In this document: in pieces, positions 10,601-20,348 of the stretch
Position numbering within the stretch: the stretch's first letter is position 1
How the letters are laid out: the number at the start of each line of letters is the position of its first letter
Assembly (NCBI GenBank): GCA_963750165.1
Contig: CAVVPN010000012.1
Location: 160,001 to 224,000, forward strand
Length of the DNA: 64,000 nt
Source of the DNA: an uncultured Gemmataceae bacterium
Lineage (GTDB): Bacteria > Planctomycetota > Planctomycetia > Gemmatales > Gemmataceae
Direction of reading: 5' to 3'
Position numbers and translations under genes: made by a program
Notes under the pieces: model-generated
Seen by the model: only the letters and a program-made list of their open reading frames with translations
Databases searched by the model: none
Told to the model about the DNA's origin: nothing

Positions 10601-12091
10601 ATGGAAGCCATCGAACCGACCGCAGCCCCCGCCGCGGCCGCCGTCGCCGCGCCCACTGCGCTGGAGTTGCCCAGCCTTGACCTGTCCGCCCTCACCTTGC
10701 CAAACGCCGGCGGCAGCCGTGAGCTGCTGACGCTGGCCCTGCCGTTGATCGTCAGCCAGAGTTTCATGACCGTCCAGGTGTTCATGGACACGGTGCTGCT
10801 GTCCTGGTACGACCCCCGGGCGATGGCCGCGTCGTTCCCGGCCGTGATGTGGTTCTGGCTGCCGTTCGGGCTGCTGCAGGTAACGGCCGGCTATACCTCC
10901 ACCTTCGTCGCCCAGTACACCGGCGCCGGCCGGCCGCAGCGCGTCGGCCCGGCCGTCTGGCAGGGCCTGCACTTCGCCCTGCTGGCCGGCCTGCTGTTCC
11001 TGCTCATCGTCCCCGCCGCGCCGTCCCTGGTCGCCCTGGGCGGCCACTCCGCGGCGCTGCAGGAACTGGAGACGGTGTACCTGCAATGCCTGGCGTGCGC
11101 CGCCCTGCCGATGCTGCTGATGTCGGCGGTCAACGGCTTCTTCTCCGGCCGCGGCCAGACGTGGACGGTGCTCGGCATTGAGGCAGTCGGCACGTCGGTC
11201 AACGTGGCGCTGGCGCTGGTACTGATCTTCGGCCGGCTGGGCTTCCCGGAACTGGGCATCGCCGGGGCCGGCTGGGCGACGGTCATCGGCTCGTGGGTGT
11301 CGGCGCTGGTGGCGCTGGGGCTGCTGCTGCGGAGGCGCTACCGCACGGAATTCGCCACCGCAGCTGGCTGGCGACTGGAGCGCGAGTTGTTCGGCCGGCT
11401 GCTGCGCTACGGCGGCCCGGCGGGCATTCAGGTGTTCCTGGACGTGCTGGTCTTCCACCTGTTCACGCAGATGGTCGGCCGGCTGGGTGAGGCGGCGATG
11501 GGCGCGACCACGTTGACGGTGCGGCTCAACATGATCGCATTCTTGCCGATGTTCGGACTGGGCCAGGCGGTGTGCGTGCTGGTCGGCCAGCGGCTCGGGG
11601 CGAACCAGCCGGACCTGGCCGAGCGCAGCGCCTACACCGGCCTGCGCTGGGCCTTCGGCTACATGGCGACGGTCGCGGTGGTGTACCTGACGTTGCCGGA
11701 GATGCTGGTGGCGCTGTTCGAGGGCGGCCGTGACCCGGAGCAGTTCGCGGCGGTGGCGGCCATCGTGCCCGGACTGCTGGCCTGCGTCGCGGTCTACTCG
11801 CTGGCGGACTCGGTGAACCTGACGTTCGCCTTCGCGCTGCGCGGGGCGGGGGACACGCGCTTCGTGTCGCTGCTGACGTTCGCGCTGGCGTGGCCGCTGA
11901 TGGTGATCCCGACGTTCGTGGTGGTCTGGCTGGAGGCGAGCGTGTACTGGGCGTGGGCGTTCGCCACCATCCACATTTGCGCGATGGCCGTGTGCTTCTA
12001 TTTCCGCCTCCGCTCCGGCCGCTGGAAATCGATGCGCGTCATCGAGGCGGCGCCGGCCGCTTGCAGCCTGGCGGAAGCCGCTAAACCGTAA
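10601..12091 (+). CDS. MATE family efflux transporter
   Basis: LALPLIVSQ, FVAQYTGA, LVGQRLGA, ALRGAGDT motifs; ~12 TM. Confidence 0.93.
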   Translation: MEAIEPTAAPAAAAVAAPTALELPSLDLSALTLPNAGGSRELLTLALPLIVSQSFMTVQVFMDTVLLSWYDPRAMAASFPAVMWFWLPFGLLQVTAGYTSTFVAQYTGAGRPQRVGPAVWQGLHFALLAGLLFLLIVPAAPSLVALGGHSAALQELETVYLQCLACAALPMLLMSAVNGFFSGRGQTWTVLGIEAVGTSVNVALALVLIFGRLGFPELGIAGAGWATVIGSWVSALVALGLLLRRRYRTEFATAAGWRLERELFGRLLRYGGPAGIQVFLDVLVFHLFTQMVGRLGEAAMGATTLTVRLNMIAFLPMFGLGQAVCVLVGQRLGANQPDLAERSAYTGLRWAFGYMATVAVVYLTLPEMLVALFEGGRDPEQFAAVAAIVPGLLACVAVYSLADSVNLTFAFALRGAGDTRFVSLLTFALAWPLMVIPTFVVVWLEASVYWAWAFATIHICAMAVCFYFRLRSGRWKSMRVIEAAPAACSLAEAAKP

Positions 12092-12120
12092 GCGGCAAAA
12101 CCTGGCCGCGGAGGAGTGAT

Positions 12121-12222
12121 AACACCCCGGCAGCTAACATCGTCACGTAGGACGGCTCTCCAGAGCCGTCCCGACGGCTCTGGAGAGCCGTCCTACGTGA
12201 CGATGTTAGCCGCCAGGGTGTT
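12121..12222. repeat. ~100-bp palindrome containing an inverted GTAG-type REP doublet
   Basis: GTAGGACGGCTCTCCAGAGCCGTC and its reverse complement, with extended complementary flanks. Confidence 0.85.
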
Positions 12223-12704
12223 TATTTGGGAATGGCCTCGACGCGGAAGGCGCCGGACCAGGGCGTCGTCCAGTCAAGGCTGGTGATGCCGTGGCGCGTG
12301 GAGCCGGGGAAGCGGCCGGGCGGCACCACGATGGTCACCTTGACGGCGCTGGCCTCGCCGGACTTGAGCAGGCCGGCGTGGACGCAGGCGGTGCCGAGGT
12401 TGGAGTCGGAGGTGTAGACGTCGGTGCCCCACAGGGGGCCGACCTCGTTGCCGACCACCTGGAAGTAAAAGCCCTCCCCGATTCGCGCTTCCAGCCGGCG
12501 CAGGTCGTCGCCGATGTAGTCGCTCCAGTAGCCGCGCTCCACGAGGCGCTCAAGGTGCCGGGCGGTGAGCACGCCGCGCTCGCTAAAGTAGTCGATGAGC
12601 TGGTGGATGACTTTCACGGCACTGGCCCTCACGTTCACCCTGGGGAGATTTCGGACGGGCAGCCCGCGCCGCCGGCCCCGTTGACTTTCTACGGGACGAG
12701 TCAA
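12222..12704 (-). CDS. LCCL-domain protein (start uncertain)
   Basis: LWGTDVYTSDSNLGTACVHAGLL...GSTRHGITS LCCL motif. Confidence 0.8.
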   Translation of the reverse strand: MTRPVESQRGRRRGLPVRNLPRVNVRASAVKVIHQLIDYFSERGVLTARHLERLVERGYWSDYIGDDLRRLEARIGEGFYFQVVGNEVGPLWGTDVYTSDSNLGTACVHAGLLKSGEASAVKVTIVVPPGRFPGSTRHGITSLDWTTPWSGAFRVEAIPK

Positions 12705-13000
12705 GGGCCTTGCTGCCTTTCAACAGACGGGTTCACGCCGTCCCCCTCGCGGTGCGGCTCGGCGGGCGGCGGCGGCGGCTGGCAGAGCATGGCCTGCAAG
12801 CGCTGGGCAAACGCCGTGGGCAGCGGTGGCGGCGCGTGCCGCAGTTTGCTGCTCAGCTTGATAGTGATCCGATACGTCTCCAGGTAGACGACGCAGGGCG
12901 GACACCGGGCCAGGTGTTCGCGGATACGGGCACAGAAATCCTCGGGCAATTCGTTGTCGAGAAACTCCAGCAGCAGTTCGGTCAACTCATGGCAGTTCAT
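12701..13000 (-). CDS. Zinc-binding anti-sigma factor (zf-HC2)
   Basis: MNCHEL...EFLDNEL...EHLARCPPC (HxxxCxxC); overlaps sigma stop codon. Confidence 0.9.
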   Translation of the reverse strand: MNCHELTELLLEFLDNELPEDFCARIREHLARCPPCVVYLETYRITIKLSSKLRHAPPPLPTAFAQRLQAMLCQPPPPPAEPHREGDGVNPSVERQQGP

Positions 13001-13575
13001 GCCGTCACCTCCTCGAAGTGAGGCGCCAGCGCGTTCCGCATGAGCATGCGGCCGCGGTGCAGGCGGCTCTTGACGGCTGGCAAACTCAGGCCGAGCATGG
13101 TGCCGATCTCGGGGTTGGTCAGCCCCTCCACGTCGGCCAGCACGTACACGTCGCGGTAGATCTCCGGCAGCTGGGCGATGGCCCGTTCGATGATCTCCTG
13201 GCGTTCCTGGTCGAGCACCTGCTGGTCCGGCTCAATCGACCAGGGCCGGATCATTCCGTGCGGCCGCAGGTTGCCGTCGAGCTGATCGACCTCATCGTGG
13301 ACCTCGTGTTCGGCGCGGCGGGCGCGGCGAGCGCGGTGGGCCAGGGCGGCGTTGGCGGTGACGCGGTGCAGCCAGGTGCCGATGCCCGCCTCGCCGCGGA
13401 ACGTGTCCAGCTTGCGGACCACCTGCAACAGCACGTCCTGCGTCACGTCCTCGGCGTCGGCGTCGTTGCCGAGCATCCGCCGCGCCAGGGCGTACACGCG
13501 CGGGGCGTAGTCCCGGAAGATGGTTTCCGCGGTTGGGGGCGGCCCCGCGGTTTTCGGGTCGAGCACATTGGTCAT
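12997..13575 (-). CDS. ECF sigma-70 factor
   Basis: DAEDVTQDV, TWLHRVTAN, GLTNPEIG..LGLSLPAVKSRLHRGR. Confidence 0.93.
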   Translation of the reverse strand: MTNVLDPKTAGPPPTAETIFRDYAPRVYALARRMLGNDADAEDVTQDVLLQVVRKLDTFRGEAGIGTWLHRVTANAALAHRARRARRAEHEVHDEVDQLDGNLRPHGMIRPWSIEPDQQVLDQERQEIIERAIAQLPEIYRDVYVLADVEGLTNPEIGTMLGLSLPAVKSRLHRGRMLMRNALAPHFEEVTA

Positions 13576-13657
13576 GAAACGGTCACCCCTTCTCCACGAT
13601 TCCAGTGGTCGGGCCTCAGTGGTCATTTTATATCCGCCTGTCAATCTTTGCATTCAA

Positions 13658-13752
13658 GGGAACAGAGACCAGCAGAAATGGGACAGGTGGGGGCGGACTC
13701 CTCGCCAGGCGGCAAAGTCCCCCCGTCTTCTGTTCCCTGTTCCCTGTTCTCT
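13658..13752. repeat. Degenerate heptamer (CTGTTCC)n inverted array
   Basis: GGGAACAGAGACCAG ... CTGTTCCCTGTTCCCTGTTCTCT. Confidence 0.5.
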
Positions 13753-13844
13753 CTGCTGCCTTTGCCCTGCACGGCATCAGGCGCGATTGCCGAATATAGT
13801 TAGTGCCTACCGATCATGCCCTTGTTGACGAAAGGAGAAACAGG

Positions 13845-15752
13845 ATGGCGAAGGGACGCATCCTTGGCGGTCTGGCGGCGGGGCTGCTGCTGCTGGGCAC
13901 CGCCAACTACGCGGCGGCGCAGTCGGCGCCCCCGTCCGTGACCGACATGCTCAACTTCTGCAAACCCAGGCAGTCGAACGTCGTCTACAGCACACCGACG
14001 CCCGAGGAGCAAAAAACCTGCACCGTCAAGCCGGCGACCGGCGCCGCCGGCTGGGTGCTGCTGGACGGCCGCAACCGGCCGCTGCGCCGCTACGTCGCCA
14101 GCGGCCGGGATGGCAAAATCGACACCTGGAGCTATTACAAGGACGGCGTTGAGGTCTACCGCGACCTCGACACCAACAAGGACAACAAGCCCGACCAGAG
14201 CCGCTGGCTGAACACGGCCGGCACCAAATGGGGCATGGACTTCAATCAGGACGGCAAGATCGACGCCTGGCGGCTGATCTCCGCGGAGGAGGCTGCCCAG
14301 GAGGTGTTCCTGGCGGTGCAGACGCACGACTTCGCGCGGCTCAAGGCGCTGTTCCTGACCGATGCGGAGGCCAGCGCGCTCAAGCTGCCGCAGGCCGACC
14401 TCAACCGCATCCGCGACGCCCAGGCCAAGGCGGAGCAGAAGTTCAACGACACCATCCGCAAGGTGCCGCAGCTGACCGCCACCGCCAGTTTCGTGCGCGT
14501 CGAGAGCGCTCCGCCAACCTGCACGCCGATGGACGCCTACAACACCGTCCAGGACATCATCCGCTACACCGGTCGCTCCATCCTCTACGAGGGCGCCGAC
14601 AAGAAGCACGACTGGATTCAGACTGGCCCGATGATCCTGATCGGCTACTCGTGGAAACTGCTCGACGCTCCCGTCCCGGGCGACCTGGTCATCGATCCCA
14701 CCAACACCGGCGGCGTCATGGAGAAGGGCGACGACCTGGACCTGAAGGGCAACCCCGCACTGGCCGCGCTGGTCAAGAAGCTCTCCGAGCTGGACACCGT
14801 CTCCATGCCGCCGACTCAGGGCAAGAGCCCCGCGGTCGTCAAGCGCATGCTGGAGCGGGCCCAGGTGGTCGAGCAGATCCTGAGCCAGTCGCTCAAACCC
14901 GCCCCGCGTGAGGTCTTCATCAAGCAGCTGTCCGACAACCTCAGCTCCGCGGCCCAGGCCGGCGACGCGAACGCCCTGCAGCGCCTGGAGAGCCTGCGTG
15001 CCCAGCTCAGCAGCGCCCAGCCGAGCAGCCTGCTGACGGGCTATGTCACCTACCGGCGCCTCTGGGCCGAGTTCGCTCCGAAGATCGGTCCTGACGCGAA
15101 TCAGGCCGATCTGGCCAAGAACCAGCAGCTCTGGCTGGAGAACCTGAGCAAGTTCGTGCAAAACTTCCCCAAGGCGGAGGACACGCCGGAAGCCCTGATG
15201 CACCTGGCGATGGGCAGTGAGTTCGCCGGCAAGGAGGACGAGGCCAAGCGCTATTATCAGCAGCTGGTCGTGAACTTCCCGACGCACCCGGCGGTGGAGA
15301 AGGCCCGTGGGGCGGTGCGCCGCCTGGACGTGGTGGGCCAACCGTTGCAGCTGGCGGGCACGACCAACACCGGCGCTGCCTTCGACATCAGCAAGCTGGC
15401 CGGCAAGGCCGTGGTGGTCTACTACTGGGCCAGCTATTGTGACAACGTGTGCGTCGGCGAATTCGCCCGGCTCAAGCAGCTGCAGGCCAAGTACGGCGCC
15501 AGGGGCTTTGAAGTGGTGGCCGTCAACCTGGACGACCGCAAGGAGGACGCGGAGAAGTTCCTGGCGGCCAACCCGCTGCCGGCGACGCAGCTGTTCCCCA
15601 GCGGTCAACCGACCGGCCTGAACAATCCGCTGGCGACGCACTACGGCATCACCGGTCTGCCGATGCTGTTCCTGGTCGGCAAGGACGGCCGCGTCCTCAG
15701 CCGCACGCTGCAGATCGGCAATCTGGAAGATGCGTTGCAGAAGGCGCTGTAA
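13845..15752 (+). CDS. Exported TPR + TlpA/redoxin-domain protein
   Basis: Signal peptide; EF-hand-like DxNxDxK loops; C-terminal thioredoxin fold YYWASYCDNVC...AVNLD...GITGLPMLFLV; AGGAG RBS. Confidence 0.85.
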   Translation: MAKGRILGGLAAGLLLLGTANYAAAQSAPPSVTDMLNFCKPRQSNVVYSTPTPEEQKTCTVKPATGAAGWVLLDGRNRPLRRYVASGRDGKIDTWSYYKDGVEVYRDLDTNKDNKPDQSRWLNTAGTKWGMDFNQDGKIDAWRLISAEEAAQEVFLAVQTHDFARLKALFLTDAEASALKLPQADLNRIRDAQAKAEQKFNDTIRKVPQLTATASFVRVESAPPTCTPMDAYNTVQDIIRYTGRSILYEGADKKHDWIQTGPMILIGYSWKLLDAPVPGDLVIDPTNTGGVMEKGDDLDLKGNPALAALVKKLSELDTVSMPPTQGKSPAVVKRMLERAQVVEQILSQSLKPAPREVFIKQLSDNLSSAAQAGDANALQRLESLRAQLSSAQPSSLLTGYVTYRRLWAEFAPKIGPDANQADLAKNQQLWLENLSKFVQNFPKAEDTPEALMHLAMGSEFAGKEDEAKRYYQQLVVNFPTHPAVEKARGAVRRLDVVGQPLQLAGTTNTGAAFDISKLAGKAVVVYYWASYCDNVCVGEFARLKQLQAKYGARGFEVVAVNLDDRKEDAEKFLAANPLPATQLFPSGQPTGLNNPLATHYGITGLPMLFLVGKDGRVLSRTLQIGNLEDALQKAL

Positions 15753-15775
15753 GGGCCGCCTTCCCGGCAGAATAA

Positions 15776-15843
15776 GGCGCGCGGCGCGGCGTCAGCCCGC
15801 CGGTGCTTCAAAGCACCGGCGGGCTGACGCCGCGCCGCGCGCC
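15776..15843. repeat. Palindromic REP-like element (GGCGTCAGCCCGCCG family)
   Basis: 33-bp stem with 2-nt loop between convergent genes; near-identical arms at 62714-62785. Confidence 0.9.
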
Positions 15844-15855
15844 GTGGTTTCAAGG

Positions 15856-17589
15856 CTACTTCTTTTCCGGCGCGCCGCCGATGCCGGGCATGGCGCCGCC
15901 GATGGTGCCGCCGGCGGGCAGCGATGGTCGGAAATCCAGTGTCGCCCTGGACAGCGCGCTGGCCGGCCGACGATAACCGATCACCAACCCGAAATTCTCC
16001 GGCGAGATCACGAACAGGCCGCGCTCCACTGCTTCCTTGCGCAGCGCCAAAATGCTCTTGTTGACCTCGCGCATGCGCTCGGTCTGCTGCGCCTCGGGGA
16101 TGCCACCGAAGCCGTAGCCACGGATCAGGTAGTTCGTGCCCGGCTTGATGGCGCCGTAAATCTTGCCGTCGCGCAGGTCGATGTAGCAATCGACGGTGAT
16201 GCCCTGGGCCTTGAGCAGCTGGCGGAACTGGTCGAGGTCCTCGGCCTGGCCGGCCGGCGTCTGGCTGTCCTGGCCGTTCCAGTCGAGCACGCCCGCGAGG
16301 GCCACATGCGAACCCCAGGCCAGGTTGAACAGTAGATCGCCCTCCTTGATCGGGTTGCCGGCCTCGCGCACGATCTTGTTCGGCGATGGATCACCGAGGG
16401 AAATCTCACGGCCCTCGGCGTCGTACAGCGACGTGAGGCGTGCCTGCGACGTCTTGGGGCCAACCTGCACCACCTCGATGGTGCCCTTGAGCATTTTTTC
16501 CGCCTTGTTGTCCCAGCCGGCGCCGAAGACGTTGAAGGTCATCTGCGGTGTCAGGCCGTGCTCGGAGCCGCGGTCGATGAAAACGCGGTTGTCCTTCTCA
16601 TCGACGCGGATGATGCGGCCGCGCGGCCTATCCCAGAGCGGCTTGCCCTTGGAGATGTCCAGCAGCAGCGCATGCGGCATGCCGGAGTAGCCGGTCGGGC
16701 CGCCCGCCTTGTCCTCCTTGGCCTTGGTCGGCGGCGGCGGTGGCGGCGCGACCGCCACATTCACGCCCTGCTCCTGCAGTTTGGCCTGGAGCTTGTTGAT
16801 CTCCACGTCCTTCTTTTTCAGCTCGATCAGGTGCGTCGTGATGAGCGTCTGCTTTTCCTTCTGGAGCTTGTCGTTGTTCGCGTTGGCCGCCTTGATGTCA
16901 TCGAGATATTTTTCGGCCTGTTTCATCGCCTTGTCGTTGCCGTCGGCGATGTCCTTGAACATTTTCTTGCGGTCGCCGACGTACTGATTCTCGAACCCGC
17001 GCAGGCGCGCGTCGGAGGCGAGCTTGTCGGGGAGGTACTGCTTGGTGGCGATGCGGGCGTCGTCCCGTTCCTTCGTGAGCTTGACGGTCAGGTCGCGGTA
17101 GGTGGTCTTGTACATGGAGGCGGGGTCGTCCCAACCGAGGTCGTCCTGGCTCTGCTTGATGAGCGCCCGAAGCTTCTTGATGTGCTGCTCATCCGCGGTC
17201 AGCTCGCCCTTCTTTTCGCCGTCGCCCTCCGGGCCGCCGCCCTCTTTCTTGCGGACTTCCGCGTAGCGCTCATCCAGGAACTTCAGGAAGTCCTTGTAGG
17301 ACCGATATTCTTCGGTGGTGTTGTCCTTGAAGGTTTCGTCGCCCATCATGGCGCGCCAGGCATAACCGACGCCCTTGGCGAAGTTGAGGTCGTTTTCCAG
17401 CCCTTTATTGATGTTCTCGACCTTCTGGACCTGCTCGGAGGCCTTGTAGCGCTCGTTGAACATCGAGTAGACCCAGCCCCCCAGGCCGGCGGTGGTCAGG
17501 AAGAACAGCACGACCAGGATGACCAGAAACGGATTGGGACGAGATGGATCGCCTTGTTGACGGCTGGAGGAACGGGTACGACGCGCCAT
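15856..17589 (-). CDS. Membrane-anchored coiled-coil hypothetical protein
   Basis: N-terminal TM, long charged helical region, beta-rich C-terminal domain; strong codon bias. Confidence 0.8.
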   Translation of the reverse strand: MARRTRSSSRQQGDPSRPNPFLVILVVLFFLTTAGLGGWVYSMFNERYKASEQVQKVENINKGLENDLNFAKGVGYAWRAMMGDETFKDNTTEEYRSYKDFLKFLDERYAEVRKKEGGGPEGDGEKKGELTADEQHIKKLRALIKQSQDDLGWDDPASMYKTTYRDLTVKLTKERDDARIATKQYLPDKLASDARLRGFENQYVGDRKKMFKDIADGNDKAMKQAEKYLDDIKAANANNDKLQKEKQTLITTHLIELKKKDVEINKLQAKLQEQGVNVAVAPPPPPPTKAKEDKAGGPTGYSGMPHALLLDISKGKPLWDRPRGRIIRVDEKDNRVFIDRGSEHGLTPQMTFNVFGAGWDNKAEKMLKGTIEVVQVGPKTSQARLTSLYDAEGREISLGDPSPNKIVREAGNPIKEGDLLFNLAWGSHVALAGVLDWNGQDSQTPAGQAEDLDQFRQLLKAQGITVDCYIDLRDGKIYGAIKPGTNYLIRGYGFGGIPEAQQTERMREVNKSILALRKEAVERGLFVISPENFGLVIGYRRPASALSRATLDFRPSLPAGGTIGGAMPGIGGAPEKK

Positions 17590-17783
17590 GGATTGCCCTC
17601 ATCGGATGGAACGCGGCCGGAGCGGCCGAGTGCGGACAGGGAGAACGTGGGCCGGCACGGCTCCTCGGCCCCTTCTACCCAGTGTAAAGGTTGGGGCAAC
17701 CCTGTCAATGAATTTGGCGGCGTAAACGGCGGCCGCTGTGCCGGCCAGGCGCGGGGCGGCGCCTGTAGCGAAAACGCCGCTTC

Positions 17784-17843
17784 GGAAGGAGGAAGGAGGA
17801 AGGAGGAATTGTCTTCCCTTCAGCCTTCCTCCTTCCTCCTTCC
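17784..17843. repeat. Heptamer (GGAAGGA)n inverted hairpin array
   Basis: GGAAGGAGGAAGGAGGAAGGAGG ... CCTTCCTCCTTCCTCCTTCC. Confidence 0.8.
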
Positions 17844-17851
17844 AGAGGGGA

Positions 17852-18688
17852 TTACTTACCGATCTTCCACAAAAACAGATGGTGCTCTTCGCCTTCGGGG
17901 TCGAGGACGGTGATCATTTTCTCAGGCTTCCAGTCGCCCATCTTGAAGTCGTGCGAGACGATGCGGGAGCCGGCCTTGAGGGATTTCTTGAGGATCGGCA
18001 TCAGTCGCAGGTTGACGTCCTCACCCATGTAGAGCATGACCACGCTGGCATCGCCGAGGTCCTTGATGTCGAGCACGTCTTGCTTGCGGAAGCTGACGCG
18101 GTCGCTGACGCCGGCCTTCTCGGCGTTGTCCTTCGAGAGCTGGACAAGATCGCCGTTGAGATCGACACCGACGCCGCGTTTGGCCTTGAAGTCCTTGACG
18201 GCGGTAATGACAATGCGACCGTCGCCGCAGCCGAGGTCGTAAACCACATCGTCCTTGGTGACTTTGCCCAGTTTGCACATGGCCTCGACGACGTTTTCGG
18301 GGGTGGGCACGAAGCGGATCTTGAAGCGGTCGGGGTGCCTGTCGTCTTTCTTGCGCAGGTCCACCACGACTTCCTCGCCGGCGCGGACGAACACCTTGCG
18401 GGTGCGGAAGACGGTGGTGTAGTTGTTGGGCTCCCATGAGGCGGTGATGGTGTAGGCGAAGGTATAGCGCGGGTCCAGCGGCGGCGAGACGAACTCGCGC
18501 TTCACGCCGGTCTGTTTGGTCGGCCGGCCATCGACCTTCAGTTCGGCGTCCTCTTCCGGCAACAGGATTCGCAGGTACGCCGGTTTTTCCTCGCCGGGCT
18601 GCTGGCCGTTGACCGGGTGGAGCAGCGTCAGGCTGCCCAGGGCACACACCAGGGCGAACACTCTGCGCGTCATTGGCAAGATCCTCAC
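17852..18688 (-). CDS. TIGR03000-domain / class I SAM methyltransferase fusion with signal peptide
   Basis: LPEEDAELKVDG..T.QTG..REFVSPPL..Y.Y (TIGR03000), then FVPTP, YDLGCGDGRI, GSRIVSHDF. Confidence 0.85.
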   Translation of the reverse strand: MRILPMTRRVFALVCALGSLTLLHPVNGQQPGEEKPAYLRILLPEEDAELKVDGRPTKQTGVKREFVSPPLDPRYTFAYTITASWEPNNYTTVFRTRKVFVRAGEEVVVDLRKKDDRHPDRFKIRFVPTPENVVEAMCKLGKVTKDDVVYDLGCGDGRIVITAVKDFKAKRGVGVDLNGDLVQLSKDNAEKAGVSDRVSFRKQDVLDIKDLGDASVVMLYMGEDVNLRLMPILKKSLKAGSRIVSHDFKMGDWKPEKMITVLDPEGEEHHLFLWKIGK

Positions 18689-18919
18689 GAAGGTGGCAAT
18701 GGTGTCGTCACGGCGGTGGGCCCCGCCAACGGCCCCATTGTCACCGGCGCCCGCGGCGATGACAAGCAGGGACTGGTCATTTCAATTTAGTTTTAATCTG
18801 ACCGTCACGGATATTGGGGCGTGGGGGGAAGGGGAAGGTCAGGGCCGCTCGTCACGCCACCCGCCAGTCCGGCGTGCAGTTACTGGCCGATTGAGGGAAC
18901 CGTCCTGGTCTGCCAGCGC

Positions 18920-18935
18920 TGGCACCCGGTTTGCT
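18920..18935 (+). promoter_or_regulatory. Sigma54 -24/-12 promoter
   Basis: TGGCAC-CCGGT-TTGCT exact consensus 21 nt before the ATG of an operon encoding a GAFTGA activator. Confidence 0.85.
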
Positions 18936-18956
18936 AACATTCCGGAGGAGGTGACC

Positions 18957-20324
18957 ATGACTCCGCGCTGGGCGTTTCGCTTGCAAGTGGGCCTGGTCCT
19001 CGTGCTGTTCCTCGGGGCGCTGGGAGTCCTGCTGGGCAACCCGATCACGATCCTGTTGCTGCCGGACCAGGAAGCCGCCGCCAGGGCGCGACTTCGCGCG
19101 GCCTGTCAACGTCTGGCCGAGGTCGTCGCGTCCGGCGAACCGGTGCGCGACGGGGCCGACTGGGACGCCCGCAATCGCCGACTCGCCGACGCCGCCCACC
19201 GAGTTTTGCTGGATTTTCCAGGGGTAGAGGGGGGCTATTACCTGGCGCAGGGCGACCGCTTTGCCGGTTACGCCTTCCCGAGCCGCGGCCACAGACTCCT
19301 GAGCGACCGCACGGATCCGCCACCGCTGGAGGCCCCCTACCTCCGCCTTCAGGCCCGGCAGAGTCTCGTTCAAAGCCCAGGGGACTGCGTTCTCAGCGTA
19401 CAGGACATCGGCCCCAGCCGGGTGGTCCTGGTCACGGAGGCGGTCGGGGATGCTCGCCCCGCCCGCGTGGCGGCCTGGGCCCTGTACCGCCTGAGCGGCC
19501 CCGAGCAACTGGAAATCCAGGCCAGACGCTACGCCGCCTCGACCGCCCTGGCCCTGGGCGGCATCTGCCTGGCGTTGCTGCTCACCTGGAACCTCGGCCG
19601 CCGTCTGGCGCGGCAGCGCCGGGAGCAGGAGCTGCTGCGCGACGAGTTGCGGCGCGCCGAACACCTGGCGGGCCTCGGCAAGCTGCTGGCCGGCGTCGCC
19701 CACGAGGTCCGCAATCCTCTGGCTGGCATCCGCTCGACGGCCCAGCTCTGGCAGCGCCTGCCCGAGGCACGCACCGCCGCCTCCGTGGACGCCCTGGTCG
19801 GCGCGGTGGACCGCCTGAACGCCATCGTCACGCGGCTGCTGCAATTCTCGCGGGCCGAGCTCGCGGAGCGGCGGCCGGTGGACCTCAACCGCGTCGCCGG
19901 CGAGTGCCTGGACCTGCTGCAGGCGCGGGCCGCTGAGCAGGGCGTGACCCTGGAACGCGACCTGGCCGCCGACCTGCCGTGCGTGTCCGGCTCAGCGGTC
20001 GCGCTGCACCAACTGGTGCTTAACCTGCTCACCAACGCCCTGCAGACCATGCCCGGCGGCGGTCGTTTGCACTGCGCCACCCGCCGGCTGCCGCGCGGCG
20101 GCGTGGCCCTGCGTGTGGCGGACACCGGCCCCGGCATCGACGCGGATGCCCGGCGCCACCTGTTCGAGCCGTTCTTCACGACCCGGCCCGAGGGCACCGG
20201 CCTGGGCCTGGCCCTGTGCCGTGAGGTCGCCCTGGCCCACGGGGGCGTCGTCGAACTGGAAGAGACCGCGCCTGGTGGAACCACCTTCCGGGTGGAACTG
20301 CCCGAGTCCCGCCCCGAACCCTGA
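18957..20324 (+). CDS. Sensor histidine kinase
   Basis: GGAGG RBS; two TM; AHEVRNPL H-box, NLLTNA, DTGPG, GTGLGL. Confidence 0.93.
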   Translation: MTPRWAFRLQVGLVLVLFLGALGVLLGNPITILLLPDQEAAARARLRAACQRLAEVVASGEPVRDGADWDARNRRLADAAHRVLLDFPGVEGGYYLAQGDRFAGYAFPSRGHRLLSDRTDPPPLEAPYLRLQARQSLVQSPGDCVLSVQDIGPSRVVLVTEAVGDARPARVAAWALYRLSGPEQLEIQARRYAASTALALGGICLALLLTWNLGRRLARQRREQELLRDELRRAEHLAGLGKLLAGVAHEVRNPLAGIRSTAQLWQRLPEARTAASVDALVGAVDRLNAIVTRLLQFSRAELAERRPVDLNRVAGECLDLLQARAAEQGVTLERDLAADLPCVSGSAVALHQLVLNLLTNALQTMPGGGRLHCATRRLPRGGVALRVADTGPGIDADARRHLFEPFFTTRPEGTGLGLALCREVALAHGGVVELEETAPGGTTFRVELPESRPEP

Positions 20325-20348
20325 ACGCACCCGAGAGAGGACGTGGCC

